Shown here piece after piece: positions 63,611 to 64,000 of a DNA stretch of 64,000 bases (position 1 is the first letter of the stretch; each line of letters starts with the position of its first letter). The notes below the pieces were generated by a model. That model was not told where the DNA came from. It searched no databases and saw only the letters and a program-made list of their open reading frames with translations. Both the position numbers and the translations under genes were made by a program. This DNA comes from the human T2T-CHM13v2.0 reference genome, Homo sapiens, in the NCBI RefSeq assembly GCF_009914755.1, contig NC_060930.1; one strand, written 5' to 3'.

Positions 63611-64000
63611 CCTTAATTATCCACTAATTCATCCAATAATTATCACACATGCATACACAGACATTCAGTTACCTTTTGTTGAATGATAGGGAAGGAAGCA
63701 AAGAGAGGGAAAGAAGAAGGAAGGGAGGAAGGGAGGAAGAGGGGAGGGAGGGAAAGGCAGGCTGGGGTTGTCTTTGACAGTTTATCTCAGTGCTTCTGTG
63801 ATTGTAAGCATCAGAAGTTTTCTCCCCTTACCTCCCCTTCTTAAGCCTTACCTTTGGAATGCAGTAATTTTTAAATATATTTGTGGTTGTTGCATGGGAT
63901 AAGCTTGTGGGCAGAATGTTAGCAAATCTTTGTACTTCTTAAATGACAGCATCTGTGTGTGTCATTTGAGTTCGGTGTGCAAGTCAAGATTGGGCCGATA

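Overview
Hominid (human or great-ape) autosomal DNA, AT-rich and dense in repeats. It is recognisable as the GLYATL3–C6orf141 locus (human 6p12). It contains the complete spliced CDS of GLYATL3, a glycine N-acyltransferase-like GNAT enzyme, in five + strand coding exons (2152-2229, 5814-5921, 7592-7718, 11808-11934, 16660-17086; 867 nt, 288 aa). The first coding exon begins at a splice acceptor, so a non-coding first exon probably lies upstream of the window. It also contains the single-coding-exon gene C6orf141 (40921-41655, 244 aa) in a CpG island. The rest is about 45 Alu/FLAM/FRAM copies, L1/L2/MIR remnants, MaLR and ERV solo LTRs, MER5 and Charlie3/MER1 DNA-transposon relics, and microsatellites. 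Repeat subfamily names come from recalled consensus features, and old-repeat boundaries are approximate. I found no convincing new multi-gene system. The best second-look signals are two perfect fold-back (template-switch) scars, an unusually long Alu flank duplication, loss of the GLYAT catalytic Glu in GLYATL3, a probable NMD-triggering 3'UTR intron in C6orf141, and several clustered TF/CTCF motif sets.
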